A stretch of DNA of 63,798 nucleotides, the filler included, from Octopus bimaculoides (lineage: Eukaryota), in assembly GCF_001194135.2 (NCBI RefSeq). It is 5 parts of 4 records of this genome, joined end to end, with 100 filler letters (N's around TTAATTAATTAA, not from the genome) between each part and the next. Parts side by side here need not be neighbours in the genome. Positions count along the whole stretch, not along the records: positions 28,922 to 50,461 come from NC_068985.1; positions 50,562 to 58,598 come from NC_069007.1; 3 more parts are not named here. One strand, written 5' to 3'. This document shows positions 38,738 to 50,593 of the stretch, piece after piece. The notes below the pieces were generated by a model that saw only the letters and a program-made list of their open reading frames with translations, was not told the origin of the DNA and did no database searches. How positions within the stretch are numbered: position 1 is the stretch's first letter; each line of letters starts with the position of its first letter. The position numbers were made by a program, and so were the translations under genes.

Positions 38738-39304
38738 AATATTCCATAGCTCCATCTTGATAAAGGACATTTATCTAGCAAATCTTAGTTTGCAGAATCT
38801 TCAGTCAATGGCAAATTGGTTGTGTTCATAGTGTTAGATAGAATGTCTTGTATGTTTTATAAAAACATTGAATCAAATGAAGTATTTAACTGGTACTTTA
38901 TTTTATCGACTCCAGAGAGGAGTGTAAAGAGTTATTGACTTAATGTTGCCTAGTCTTCTATTTGAATTTCCAACAGTTCTACTCTAAAAATGAATACAAA
39001 AGGTGGGACATGATGACATGCTGTGAAGAGAAATAATTTGCAGCACTTATATTGTTTCTTATGCTTTATTAATTTTCTGTAGTAATTTCAAGAGCTGATA
39101 ATCAGAAGTCTTTCCAATCACCACCAACTCATTTTAACCCTACATTGTTATATAGTTTAAGACGTTTGCTTACCAACCATATGATTTCAGGTTTAGTTCC
39201 ACTAAGTGGCACCTAGAACCCCAGGCCAGCCAAAACCTTGTTGAGTGGATTTTGTAGATGGAAAGAAGCGCTTCATATATATGTTGTTTGTTTGTGTTAA
39301 TGTG

Positions 39305-39532
39305 TCTTGACATCATGTGATAGTTGGAAATGTGTGTCACCATCCTACAAATAGTGTCATTCGGTTTTATTTTTTTATGAAACTATGTTTGGCCATAGAG
39401 AAATATTTCCTTGCTTGGAAACAGGTGAGGGTTGGGGACAGGAAGGGATGCAATCACAGAAGAATCTGCCTCAATAAACTTCATCTGAAGAGGATGGAGA
39501 AATTGGTGTTAAAAAGATGATGATGATGATGG
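39305..39532 (+). mobile_element. Repeat family G (RTE-like tail ending in (GAT)n)
   Basis: cttgcttggaaacaggtgagggttgg...ggaagggatgca...atctgcctcaa...(gat)n; reverse-complement relatives at ~40862-41030 and 46365-46615. Confidence 0.6.
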
Positions 39533-40101
39533 GGGTGGTTTGATTTGAGAGATATTTGGCTGCTATTTCTACCAGTTTGAGTAATCTTATAGTAATCAAT
39601 GAACAGTCAGGTGGAGGTTTTGTGGTAATGGCACAGAATGAGTAAATTCAGAAGTGCAAGCTATCCAAATATCCATAAATTATTTAGTTCTACTTACCTG
39701 ACCCCATAATCATGACTTTGAGTCTTACTTCATACAATCAATATATTTTTTCTCTTGAGTAATAAATGCAGCCTTGCTTGTCTCTGTCTGGTGTGATCTA
39801 CACCAGACTTCACGCCTACTTCATAGTCAATTAGTTAACAGTAGGAAGGGCGTTCAACTATAAAAAAAAATAAAAACAAAAAAAAACAACTCGAATAGTA
39901 TGCAAATATAAAAAATTACATCAGCAACAACAAAAATATTTAATTCCATACAATCCTTAAAAACAAAACGTTAATAAAACAATTATACATAAAATGAAAA
40001 TGTACTTTAATTTTAATATTTAATTATACAACCTGCTAACTGTGACATTTTTGTTTATTTGATTGGTCTGGAGGAAAGGGTTGTACCCATGGCCTTTTCA
40101 G

Positions 40102-40116
40102 ACCCTCTCGAGACTG
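40102..40116 (+). CDS. Candidate 15-nt microexon (or end of an alternative first exon) in the robo intron
   Basis: ccttttcAG|ACCCTCTCGAGACTG|GTGAGT; phase 1/1, adding xPLET in frame with the Ig1 exon. Unverified. Confidence 0.2.
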
Positions 40117-40360
40117 GTGAGTAAGCCATAGCTAATATACGAGATATGTCAGTCAGTATTGCATTTCTATATCATTTCCATCTCTTTATTTCATTTTTCC
40201 TGTGCTATTTCTGAACTATAAAGACAGTCTCGTACACAAAACATGTATTTTATAAATTCTTGTTTAGTACCTGCTGCTCCTGTGCCCACGACGTGCCATT
40301 GTCAATTAGATTGGCTTAGCTACATTTAGTTTGAAGGAAAGCGTATAATATCTCATTGAG

Positions 40361-40412
<52 letters not shown>

Positions 40413-40458
40413 TAATAATGATTAATAATAATAATTAATAATAATAATAATAGTAATA
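40361..40458. repeat. (AAT)n microsatellite
   Basis: Directly visible. Confidence 0.95.
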
Positions 40459-41303
40459 AAGATGATGATTATGATGATGATTTCTTTGAGACTGAAGAAG
40501 AAAACAAAACACTACATACACCCCAGGCACACAGGTTTTGCAGTGAAAGCATGCAATATAAATAAGACTACTGAAATAATACTAATACATTTTTAGAGAT
40601 TTCTAAAGAAATTAAAAACAGTTATAGATGTGTAAAGAAAAAGAGAAAAATATAGTAGAACAAACTATAAATTGAAGGAAAAAATTAAGAGTATTTCAGT
40701 GTTTCAATGGATGCTGCTTTCAAAGTTAAAATTAGTCAGATGAGTTGATGACTATCTTGTTTACTGAAGAAATGTTATGTAGACATTTACACATCCACCC
40801 ATCAATAGAAAAATATGTACACACATGCATGCGCACGCGTGCACACACACACATATATTCATTTGTTTGTTTAATGTCCATTTTCCCCATGTTAGCATGT
40901 GTTTCATGGCGAGTTATTTAAGGCAAGATTTTCAGGCCTGATGCTCTTCCTCTGTCACTAATCCTCATCAGTTTTTTTGAGTAAAGCATCGTTTTTTTCA
41001 TACTGTTTCTGTCTACCATTTTCTCGCATGGCATTGATTGGCCTGATAGTATTTGAGAAGACGCTTGCTTAAAATGTTATATTGTGTGTGTTATAGTCCC
41101 CCAAATACACATCAAAACTAGAGACATGTATCATGAGATGCATAAAGAGAAAATGTCGGAACACCACAACTCACAAAAGGGAGACATCATAATGACTGAT
41201 TTAAAGGATTACAGAACACTCAAAAACACAATGGAAAGGAACAAACAATCTGCTTTATCAATATGCCATATAGAAATATAGTGGATCAATAAAAATTCTT
41301 AGT

Positions 41304-41590
41304 AGGCACAGGTGTGGCTATGTAGTAAGAAACTTGCTTCCCAACCACATAGTTCTGGGTTCAGTCCCATTGTGTGGCACCTTGAGCAAGTGTTTTCTAC
41401 TATAGCCTCCTCAGGCTGACCAAAGCCTTGTGAGTGGACTTGGTAGATAGAAACTGGAAGAAGCCCATCTATTATGTATGTGTGTGTGTCTTCATGTCTG
41501 TGTTTGTCACCCACCACTGTTTGACAGCTGGTGTTGGTGTGTTTATGTCCCCATAACTTAGTGGTTTGGCAAAAGAGACAAATAAAGAGT
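41304..41590 (+). mobile_element. Older SINE family A, 3'-truncated and CpG-decayed
   Basis: aggcacaggtgtggctatgtagtaag...gaagcccatc...cataacttagtggtttggcaaaagagac. Confidence 0.85.
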
Positions 41591-41680
41591 AGAAATGAAG
41601 GACATTGCTTGCATAACAGTGACATCTGTTTACAATTTCATGAAGTCAAGGCAGGGTTACAATAACACACATGCATAGAC

Positions 41681-41714
<34 letters not shown>

Positions 41715-41732
41715 TATATATATCGTATCGTA

Positions 41733-41810
41733 TCGTCGTTTAACGTCCGCTTTCCTTGCTAGCATGGGTTGGACGATTTGACTGAGGACTGGTGAACCAG
41801 GAGGCGACAC
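41733..41810 (-). mobile_element. Short RTE 3'-end copy abutting the DD37D element
   Basis: Reverse complement of the tail at 50415-50461 plus 49946-49960. Confidence 0.8.
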
Positions 41811-41813
41811 ATA

Positions 41814-42642
41814 CAGGGTGTGGTGAATAAATTGTCATTTAAATTATGCAAAATTGAAAATAGCACTGACATCTCATTTTAACAGATACATTTACCTAAA
41901 TTACATAAAAATATCTTGGAATATTAAAGAGTAAATTTATTCAATAAAATCGCCATTGGCTTCAACCACGGCCTACAGACAACTTCGGAATCTCCTGCAA
42001 CTCTTCTGGACAGTCTCATTGTTTAAATTGGTGTTAGAAGTTTTGTTGGTCTCTCGCTCAACTGCACCCCACACATAATAATGAGTCTGGGGAGTTAGGT
42101 GGCCAAATGTTACTGGTGATGTGGTCGTAGAAATTGTCTGACAGCTATTACTAGGTTCTCCTGCATGTGTGGCATGGTGCAGAATCTTGTTGCTAGACAT
42201 AGAGTCTTCCAGCAGCCACCCACTTGACGCAGGGCAGCACTACCTCCTCCAGGCACTTGATGTCGGCCTCTATATTGAGTCTGAGGCCGTGTAGGAAGAT
42301 AAGTGAAGGCATAGCATCACTATCACTTGTGATCACTCCAAACACGATAATGTTGACTGCATGTTTGACTTTTATCTCTCTGGTACATGTCCTCAGATTG
42401 CACTGTTCTCAAATTGACACCCAAACACTCTGAAATGTTCATATTGGAGCTTCTGGCATGACTGCCAAGCAGTACAGCATGTCATTTCCAAATTTCTGGC
42501 AGAGTAAATTGCATCATGGTCCTGGTTTTGTCACAGACGGTGCCCAACTGACCCTACTATACTGTGTGCTTGACAAAATCAAAAATAAACAATGCGCAAA
42601 ATTAAAAATATAAAACAGTGACAGTTTAACCATTGCACCTTG
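41814..42642 (-). mobile_element. Non-autonomous internally deleted DD37D Tc1/mariner element (829 bp)
   Basis: TA TSDs at 41812-41813 / 42643-42644; imperfect ~25-bp TIRs (CAGGGTGTGGTGAATAAATTGTC vs CAAGGTGCAATGGTTAAACTGTC). Minus strand MMQFTLPEIW...ECLGVNLRTVQ, then a jump to IIVFGVITSD...QQDSAPCH...WPPNSPD...YYVWGAVERETNK. Confidence 0.9.
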
Positions 42643-42883
42643 TATGCATATATATATATATATGAATACCACCTCTTGATCCCCCCCCATTTTCTTATTG
42701 CCGTATAAATTAAGGGTAAAACAACTTTTTACCCTCACCCATTTATTACATTGAGTAGTGTAATTGCCATGCATTGAAAAAACACTTGTGTATCAATAAT
42801 TGGGTATTCTACCAGCAATATATTGGATAGATATTATCCCTTAGTTGGTTGGATTCACAACCTCTTGGAATTATATATATTAG

Positions 42884-42927
<44 letters not shown>

Positions 42928-42929
42928 AG

Positions 42930-43012
42930 TCATTTGTCCAAAGTGTTATGCAATGAGACTGAACCCTAGACTACATGGTTGAGAAGCAAACTTCTTACCA
43001 CACAGCCATACA
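42930..43012 (-). mobile_element. SINE family A head fragment
   Basis: gactgaaccctagactacatggttgagaagcaaacttcttaccacacagcc. Confidence 0.65.
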
Positions 43013-43400
43013 TGTGTGTGTATATATATGCACAAACAGACGTGTAGCTATATGTATATTATATATATATATATATATATAAAACATAAATATACAACAT
43101 GCATGCACACTCATACACACACATGAAACAACTGTAGCAAATGAAATTTCTGCTGTACAGAGTTCATGAATTCTCTTGCTTTTATTCTTTGTTCCCATTT
43201 AATTTTCAAAATGTCTTTATTGCCTTTCTGCTATTTCTCTTTCCTTATTTGCCTGAGGTGTCACTTCTCACTCAGCAATGCTTTAGTGAAAGAAAGATGT
43301 CCAGATACTGTGACATTTTTTGGGGAGAATCTGAGATTCTTTGGGGGGAAAAAATAGATCACTATTTTATGGGTTCCTCCAGTAAGTAGCAGTGCATTAA

Positions 43401-43622
43401 CCCATTAACATTTAAACCAACTATATCCGGCCCTAAATATTTTTACCATTTTTATATTCAAACCTGCCAGTTCTGGCCTCTCACACCTACCCTACAATGT
43501 CATTGTAGAAATAAACAAGCACATCATTGAAACCTCAAAACCACAGGATAGTGCATGACTAATCTAAAACAAATCAATAAATATGCATTAATTTGATGGA
43601 TTAATTTGAATAACAAAAGGAT
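43401..43622. mobile_element. Possible piggyBac-type MITE, right end degenerate
   Basis: The left end TTAA|CCCATTAA is identical to the MITE at 12473; the right end is only loosely complementary. Confidence 0.35.
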
Positions 43623-44493
43623 TGATGTATCATTCTATCCTCAGACTAGAGCTCATGGCAGACCCAATGTGTGTATTGGAGTAGATCCCATTTAAGGCTC
43701 TAAAACTTCAGTGGATGATATTAAACTGATGAACAGATTAGGTCTATCAAGAATATTTATAGTGTGACAATCTTCCATACAATATCTAGCTAACTGGCTG
43801 ATTCATGTGGCTTGCATCTACTTGACACTATGGTAGGAGGCTTGCTGTACCTAAGGTGCCAATCTCAGGAAATGAACCTGGAACCACATGATTGCTAACT
43901 TCTTGACTATGTAGCCATTCAGTTCCCATTTATCTCCTTCTCCTGCAGTGTAAATGTTCGCTAGCATCAGCATTCGGCAGTTAGTCTATGTTGCTCAAAT
44001 CCCATTCCAAGCATTGACATGGCAATCTACTTAAAATTTATTTGCTTCATTAACAATCCATGCTTCTTTAGAATGAAAAAAACATGTAGACGAAAGAGAA
44101 AAGAAGAAAGAACATGAATTTCTATTATTCAAAATGACCAGTTTGCATTGTATATGATTGTTAGGAAATGGTAAAAGCTTTTAATCTCTCTGAGATTCTA
44201 TGGTAAATAGCAGGCTTATTGGTTTCACTAAAACTTAGAATTTGATTAACTGTGGTATGAAGTGACTCTTGTAAGTTAACTTTAAACCATCATTTCAGTA
44301 CATTCCTGACTGCATTTATCTGTAAATAACACATACCATTTCTACTTGCATTATATATTATAGGCGTCAGTCTGTTATTATAGAAATATTTCACTATTTT
44401 CCTCATCTACATTATCTATGTTATCTTCATTACTTGTAACATATTTCATCAGGCAGTTTTTCAGATTTTTCTAATTAAACTTATAATAATAAT

Positions 44494-44494
44494 A

Positions 44495-44563
<69 letters not shown>

Positions 44564-45221
44564 NNNNNNNNNNNNNNNNNNNNNNNNNNNNNNNNNNNNN
44601 NNNNNNNNNNNNNNNNNNNNNNNNNNNNNNNNNNNNNNNNNNNNNNNNNNNNNNNNNNNNNNNNNNNNNNNNNNNNNNNNNNNNNNNNNNNNNNNNNNNN
44701 NNNNNNNNNNNNNNNNNNNNNNNNNNNNNNNNNNNNNNNNNNNNNNNNNNNNNNNNNNNNNNNNNNNNNNNNNNNNNNNNNNNNNNNNNNNNNNNNNNNN
44801 NNNNNNNNNNNNNNNNNNNNNNNNNNNNNNNNNNNNNNNNNNNNNNNNNNNNNNNNNNNNNNNNNNNNNNNNNNNNNNNNNNNNNNNNNNNNNNNNNNNN
44901 NNNNNNNNNNNNNNNNNNNNNNNNNNNNNNNNNNNNNNNNNNNNNNNNNNNNNNNNNNNNNNNNNNNNNNNNNNNNNNNNNNNNNNNNNNNNNNNNNNNN
45001 NNNNNNNNNNNNNNNNNNNNNNNNNNNNNNNNNNNNNNNNNNNNNNNNNNNNNNNNNNNNNNNNNNNNNNNNNNNNNNNNNNNNNNNNNNNNNNNNNNNN
45101 NNNNNNNNNNNNNNNNNNNNNNNNNNNNNNNNNNNNNNNNNNNNNNNNNNNNNNNNNNNNNNNNNNNNNNNNNNNNNNNNNNNNNNNNNNNNNNNNNNNN
45201 NNNNNNNNNNNNNNNNNNNNN

Positions 45222-45306
<85 letters not shown>
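44494..45306. repeat. (GAT)n microsatellite spanning a large gap
   Basis: Directly visible on both flanks. Confidence 0.9.
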
Positions 45307-45307
<1 letters not shown>

Positions 45308-46364
45308 AATAATAGTAATAAACATTAATAGCAATAATGATAATAATAATAATAATAAACATTGAATAAAACAAGTAAAGAAAGACAAGTAACACGATTG
45401 CCAAAAACCAAATTTAGAATCATTTCTCAGTGTTTTTTTTCCTTCCTTTTACAATTCCAATATTTAGACTTCTGGCTACATCTCTAAAACACTATATATG
45501 TGTGTGCATGTGTGTGTGTATATATATATATATATATGAGTGTGTGTGTGTGTGTGAGTCTATGTACATGTGCAGAGAGAGAGGGAGGGAGGGAAATAGA
45601 GAAGTGTGTGTGTTCGGCTGTTTACACACAGATACACATGTATCTAATATTCGTGCACGAGCATGCATGCAACAGATTTTTCTAGAATGCATGATCTTAT
45701 GCTATTTCTGAAAATTCCCTGCAAAGCTAGAGCCATGATTACAAAATGATGGAAAAGAAAAAAAAAAAATACCAGCAAACAAAATTACTATAAATAAATA
45801 CAAATGTTAACAATAATAAATGAAAATAAAATTTTAGCAATGAACATTTCACATGTAGAAATATGTGCATTTGTTCATTATTCATTCATTCAGTTACATG
45901 CACACACACACACACACACACATTCCTTTCCTCTTGGTTTTGTTCTTTTAAGCAATTTATTAAAGTTCATCTTACCCACCTCTTCTGCCAATACTGCCCC
46001 ACCTTCTCAAATAGCTGGTATTTTTTGATAATGAATTTATACAACAGTTGATTATAGGTAAAAATTTAATAAATAAATCGTGTGTGTGTGTGTATAAATG
46101 TGTGTGTATATACCTGTGTGTGTGTATGAAAATAGCTAAAAATAAAAAGTTTTTTTTTTTCTTTGATGAATGTTCTTGGGTTTTCTTTATTGTTATGTTA
46201 ATGGACGTTTTTTTTTTTTATGAGTTAATGAAATCTTTATTGCTAGTAAAGATCTTATTAGTAAATCATTAAATTAAATTTTTATAAGTCAAGGAAAACT
46301 TAGATATTTTCCTCTTATCTCAATTACATAGATCTTAGTGTGTAATGTGTTATACATATATCAT

Positions 46365-46615
46365 CATCATCAATGTCTTCTTAATTTTTAGATCAATTTT
46401 TCTATGCTTGCATAGGTCAAATGGAATTCACTCAGGCAGATTTTTCTGCAGTCATAATCCCCTTCTGTTGCCAACCCTCGCCTGTTTCCAAGCAAAATGA
46501 CATTTCTCTATCTTGAAGCATGTTTTCCAAAGAAAACTGTAGAGGAATAGCATTGCTTGTACGATGATTTTGAAAGTTTACAACCGTTGTCGATGTCAGA
46601 ACAGAGTGTATACTC
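46365..46615 (-). mobile_element. Repeat family G
   Basis: ccaaccctcgcctgtttccaagcaa is the reverse complement of part of 39305-39532. Confidence 0.55.
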
Positions 46616-46662
46616 ACATTGAGGTATACACAATAGGCTCTTTTAAGTTTCTGTCTGTTGTA

Positions 46663-46780
46663 TACATACACAAGGCCTCGGTCAGGCTGGAGCTATAGCA
46701 ACAGACATTTAGTCAAGGTGCTAAGCTATAGGACTGAACTGAAAAGCATGTCATTAGTAAGGGAACTTCTTAACCACACA
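46663..46780 (-). mobile_element. SINE family A head fragment
   Basis: caaggcctcggtcagg...gctatag...caaggtgc...ggactgaac. Confidence 0.55.
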
Positions 46781-46867
46781 GCTTTAATTATACCTACATA
46801 TTTGTATGTATGTGTGCATATATGTATATGTATAGGTATATGTGTCCATGTGTATGTGTGTTTATAT

Positions 46868-47137
46868 AGGTGCAGGTGTGGCTGTCTTGTAAGAAGCTTG
46901 CTTCTTTATGCCTGTTTGCTTCTTTATGCCTGTTTGCTTCTTTATGTCTGTTTGTCTTTGTTTGTCCCCTCTATGTAATGCCTTCATGGCAAAATTTATG
47001 AAATAAAGAAGCTTGCTTCCCAACCACATGGTTCTGGGTTCAGTTCCACTGCTTGACACCTTGAGCAAGTGTCTTGTACTAAAGCCTTGGGCCTTACGAG
47101 TGGGTCTGATGGATAGAGCCTGAAAGAAGCCCGTCAC
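46868..47137 (+). mobile_element. SINE family A head interrupted by a 3x18-bp tandem repeat and a family-B-like tail
   Basis: ggtgcaggtgtggctgtc...aagaagcttgcttc, then (gcttctttatgcctgttt)x3 at 46900-46953. The head resumes gaagcttgcttcccaaccacatgg at ~47008. Confidence 0.65.
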
Positions 47138-47397
47138 TTTCCACAAATCAGTTCACCATATGCATTCTGCTTAGGGAACATCTGATCATACCTTTAATGA
47201 TCAGTTACAATGTTTTCTGTACTGACTCTGCTTTTAGTGCCAGTTTACGCAAAAGTTCGACATGAAAATTTACATAATGTTTGCAGTTTTTATACCTGAA
47301 GAATTTCAGTATAAGTCTGGGATCTAACAGTGTTGATAGCCCAGAACTCTGGTTGAGTGCTGCAGGACCTAATAGCTATACCAGTGCAGTTGTCTCT

Positions 47398-47975
47398 TGT
47401 GGTGTGCAAGAAAGACGAGGACAGCTGTGTAAAGAAGTGCCGATCTCTAACTGTGGAGGAAACCTGTGGCAGAGGTAGACCCACGGAAACATGAGACGAA
47501 GTGATGAAGCATGATCTTCAAACTTTGGGCCTCACTGAGGCAATGACTAGTGACTGAGATCTTTGGCGATAAGCTGTGCTTGACAAGACCCATCAAGCCA
47601 AGTGTTGCTGGTGACACATAAAAAGCACCTTTGAAGCATTAGGCCTCACAGAGGCAAAGTGGCTGAGCTCCGTTTGAGTGTTGGGCCTCAGGGATGCAAT
47701 GACCAAGACCTTCGGCATTCTGTCATGCTTGAGAAAACCCATCGAGCCAAGTAAATTTGCAGTTGTGACAGATGCTGGTGTCATGCAAATGGCACCTGTG
47801 CCGGTAGCATATAAAAACACCCATTACACTGTCAGAGTGATTGGCATTAGGAAGGGCATCTAGCCATAGAAACCATGCCAAATCAGACTGGAGTCTGGTG
47901 CAGCATTCCAGCTTATCAGCCCTGGTCAAACCATCCAACCCATGCCCAGCATGGACAACAGATATTAAATGATGT
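47398..47975 (+). mobile_element. RTE LINE 3' end (ORF C-terminus plus 3' UTR), internally rearranged
   Basis: CGVQERR, then EDSCVKKCRSLTVEETCGRGRPTET*DEVMKHDLQTLGLTEAMTSD*DLWR*AVL, matching the RTE C-terminal RGRP...W...V..D...DR..WR pattern. The UTR ends ...ttaaatgatg. Confidence 0.88.
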
Positions 47976-48017
<42 letters not shown>

Positions 48018-49372
48018 AAGATATTCTATTCCACATTGGTAGAAATATAGGAAACAAAGAAGTTAAAAATGCACTGAGAATAGCTAAAATATTTTTTATT
48101 AATATATTTAAAGCATTAGCTGGTTTCACAGTTTACACTGATTTTCAAAAAGTTCAAATAGAAAGATGTGACTTATGTTGCAACTGTCTTGCTTCTGATT
48201 AGTGTTTGAAGTTTGCCCTATTTTTATAGGGAGTTCATGGTTCAAATTTGTATATGTTTTGAACAGGATTTGATTGGTAGAGGATAGTCACATGATTGGT
48301 CTTAGAAAGTTTTGTAGGTTCCCTGCTATATCCATGTATTGGTATCAAGTGACAATGCTTGGCGTCATAAGTTAAGGCTAACACAGTTGACTGAGCATAT
48401 CCAAACAATGAAGACTCTGAATGTTTTCTGTTTAGAGAATGAACACATTACGTTTACTACCTTTTGTACATTTCTCACTGCGTCCATACATTATTGTCAT
48501 GTGACAGTATATTTTGTACCTAAAAAGACCAATATGGTTGAGTGAACATGTTTAGTTATAATCAAGGCACTCCAAATTTAATATGTCTGGTGGGTGAATG
48601 GACAGGAGTCATTTGTATGTAGTCCAGTGGCTAAAGTTTATGTTGTTAGTTGTGTGGTTCCTCATAATAAGTGACAGAATGTTTTGTGTGTGAATAGTTA
48701 TTTGTGTAAGCACTCTGTGAAAGTCTTAGTTTGTACTTTTGTATTAAAGTATTTTCTTTGTTTATCTGTGCTTCATTTGTAGTATTTGCTGAACATAGGT
48801 AGAGTGGGAAGACCTGGACTTATTTTTTGCACATGTCTGTATGTCCACTCAGTGGAATCTGTCTAGTACTGTGGTCTTGTGAATGGTCAATCTATTTCTT
48901 AGAGTAAGCTTAATTTGACCTATGTAATCTTCATTACATCCTTGCTATTTGATAGCATATATTAAATTCCTTGAATAACATGTAAAGTGATTTTTTATGG
49001 TAAAAAATTTGTCCTGATTTGAATTTATATGTTGTGTCTTCAATAAGGTTGATGCAGATCCTGCAATTGGGGCAGCCACACATTTTGACTGTCAGTATAG
49101 GAATTATGGAAGGTAATTTAGCACTTGTGAGGAATTTTTTGAGGGACTTTGTCTTTTACTTTTGATTATTTTGTGTATTTTGAATGCTTGTTTCATTCTT
49201 GGGCCTCGTTTTAGTAGTGGGATGTTCTGGTGGATAATATTGTAAACCTCTGTGTTTCTTGAGTTGTGTGTTGTAATAAAGAGTAGAGTATTGGATACAT
49301 CTGGAGTGTTTTTCGTAGTTCTTCAATATTTATTGCTTTGGCACGTTCTATTCCATTGTCTATTAACATTAA

Positions 49373-50344
49373 TGGATATTGTTTTTCAAGTAGTACTTGT
49401 TTTAGTTCTTGGAGTCTTTTATTGCGAGTTTCAGAGTTTCAGACAATTGTGCAGATTCTTCTTGCTAGATTAAGGGGATATTATTCTTCATGTATGTATG
49501 TGTGCGTGTATGTGTATATATACGTGTATATATATATATATATATNNNNNNNNNNNNNNNNNNNNNNNNNNNNNNNNNNNNNNNNNNNNNNNNNNNNNNN
49601 NNNNNNNNNNNNNNNNNNNNNNNNNNNNNNNNNNNNNNNNNNNNNNNNNNNNNNNNNNNNNNNNNNNNNNNNNNNNNNNNNNNNNNNNNNNNNNNNNNNN
49701 NNNNNNNNNNNNNNNNNNNNNNNNNNNNNNNNNNNNNNNNNNNNNNNNNNNNNNNNNNNNNNNNNNNNNNNNNNNNNNNNNNNNNNNNNNNNNNNNNNNN
49801 NNNNNNNNNNNNNNNNNNNNNNNNNNNNNNNNNNNNNNNNNNNNNNNNNNNNNNNNNNNNNNNNNNNNNNNNNNNNNNNNNNNNNNNNNNNNNNNNNNNN
49901 NNNNNNNNNNNNNNNNNNNNNNNNNNNNNNNNNNNNNNNNNNNNNCGGACGTTAAACGATGATGATGATGATGATGATATATACACACACTCTGTTGGTT
50001 ACATTGACAAGGGTCCCAGCTGATACAATCAATGGGGCAGCTTGCTCGTGAAATTAACATGCAAGTGGCTGAGCACTCCCCAGACACGTGTACCCTTATG
50101 TAGTTCTCATGGAGATTTAGCATGACACAGAGTGTGACAAGGCTGGCCCTCTGAAATACAGGTACTACTCATTTTTGCCAGCTGAGTGGATATTGTTTTT
50201 CAAGTAGTACTTGTTTTAGTTCTTGGAGTCTTTTATTGGACCACTCTGTTTCAGAGTTTCAGACAATTGTGCAGATTCTTCTTGCTAGATTAAGGGGATA
50301 TTATTCTTCATGTATGTATGTGTGCGTGTATGTGTATATATACG
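49373..50344. repeat. Direct duplication of ~150 bp (49373-49524 and 50187-50344), offset 814 bp
   Basis: Near-identical copies; one short difference (cgag vs gaccactctgt). Confidence 0.85.
49987..50190 (-). mobile_element. SINE family E, 3' part
   Basis: Reverse complement matches 55165-55394 (cactcagctggcaaaaa, ccttgtcac, gagaactac). Confidence 0.75.
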
Positions 50345-50461
50345 AGTGGTTGGCGTTAGGAAGGGCATCCAGCTGTAGAAACTCTGCCAAATCAGACTGG
50401 AGCCTGGTGTTGCCATCCGGTTTCACCAGTCCTCAGTCAAATCGTCCAACCCATGCTAGCA
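50345..50461 (+). mobile_element. RTE 3'-end copy (young), cut by a linker gap
   Basis: gtggttggcgttaggaagggcatccagctgtagaaactctgccaaatcagactgg... Confidence 0.85.
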
Positions 50462-50561
50462 NNNNNNNNNNNNNNNNNNNNNNNNNNNNNNNNNNNNNNN
50501 NNNNNTTAATTAATTAANNNNNNNNNNNNNNNNNNNNNNNNNNNNNNNNNNNNNNNNNNNN
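50462..50561. other. Artificial scaffold linker
   Basis: 44 N + TTAATTAATTAA + 44 N. Confidence 0.95.

Positions 50562-50593
<32 letters not shown>

Noticed and set aside
46900-46953. CRISPR-like array (also the 14-mer repeat at 58861)
   Set aside because: Contiguous tandem units with no spacers, eukaryotic context and no cas genes.
48240-49330. Old LINE RT remnant on the minus strand (GVP* near 48570)
   Set aside because: Too decayed to place further motifs reliably by eye.
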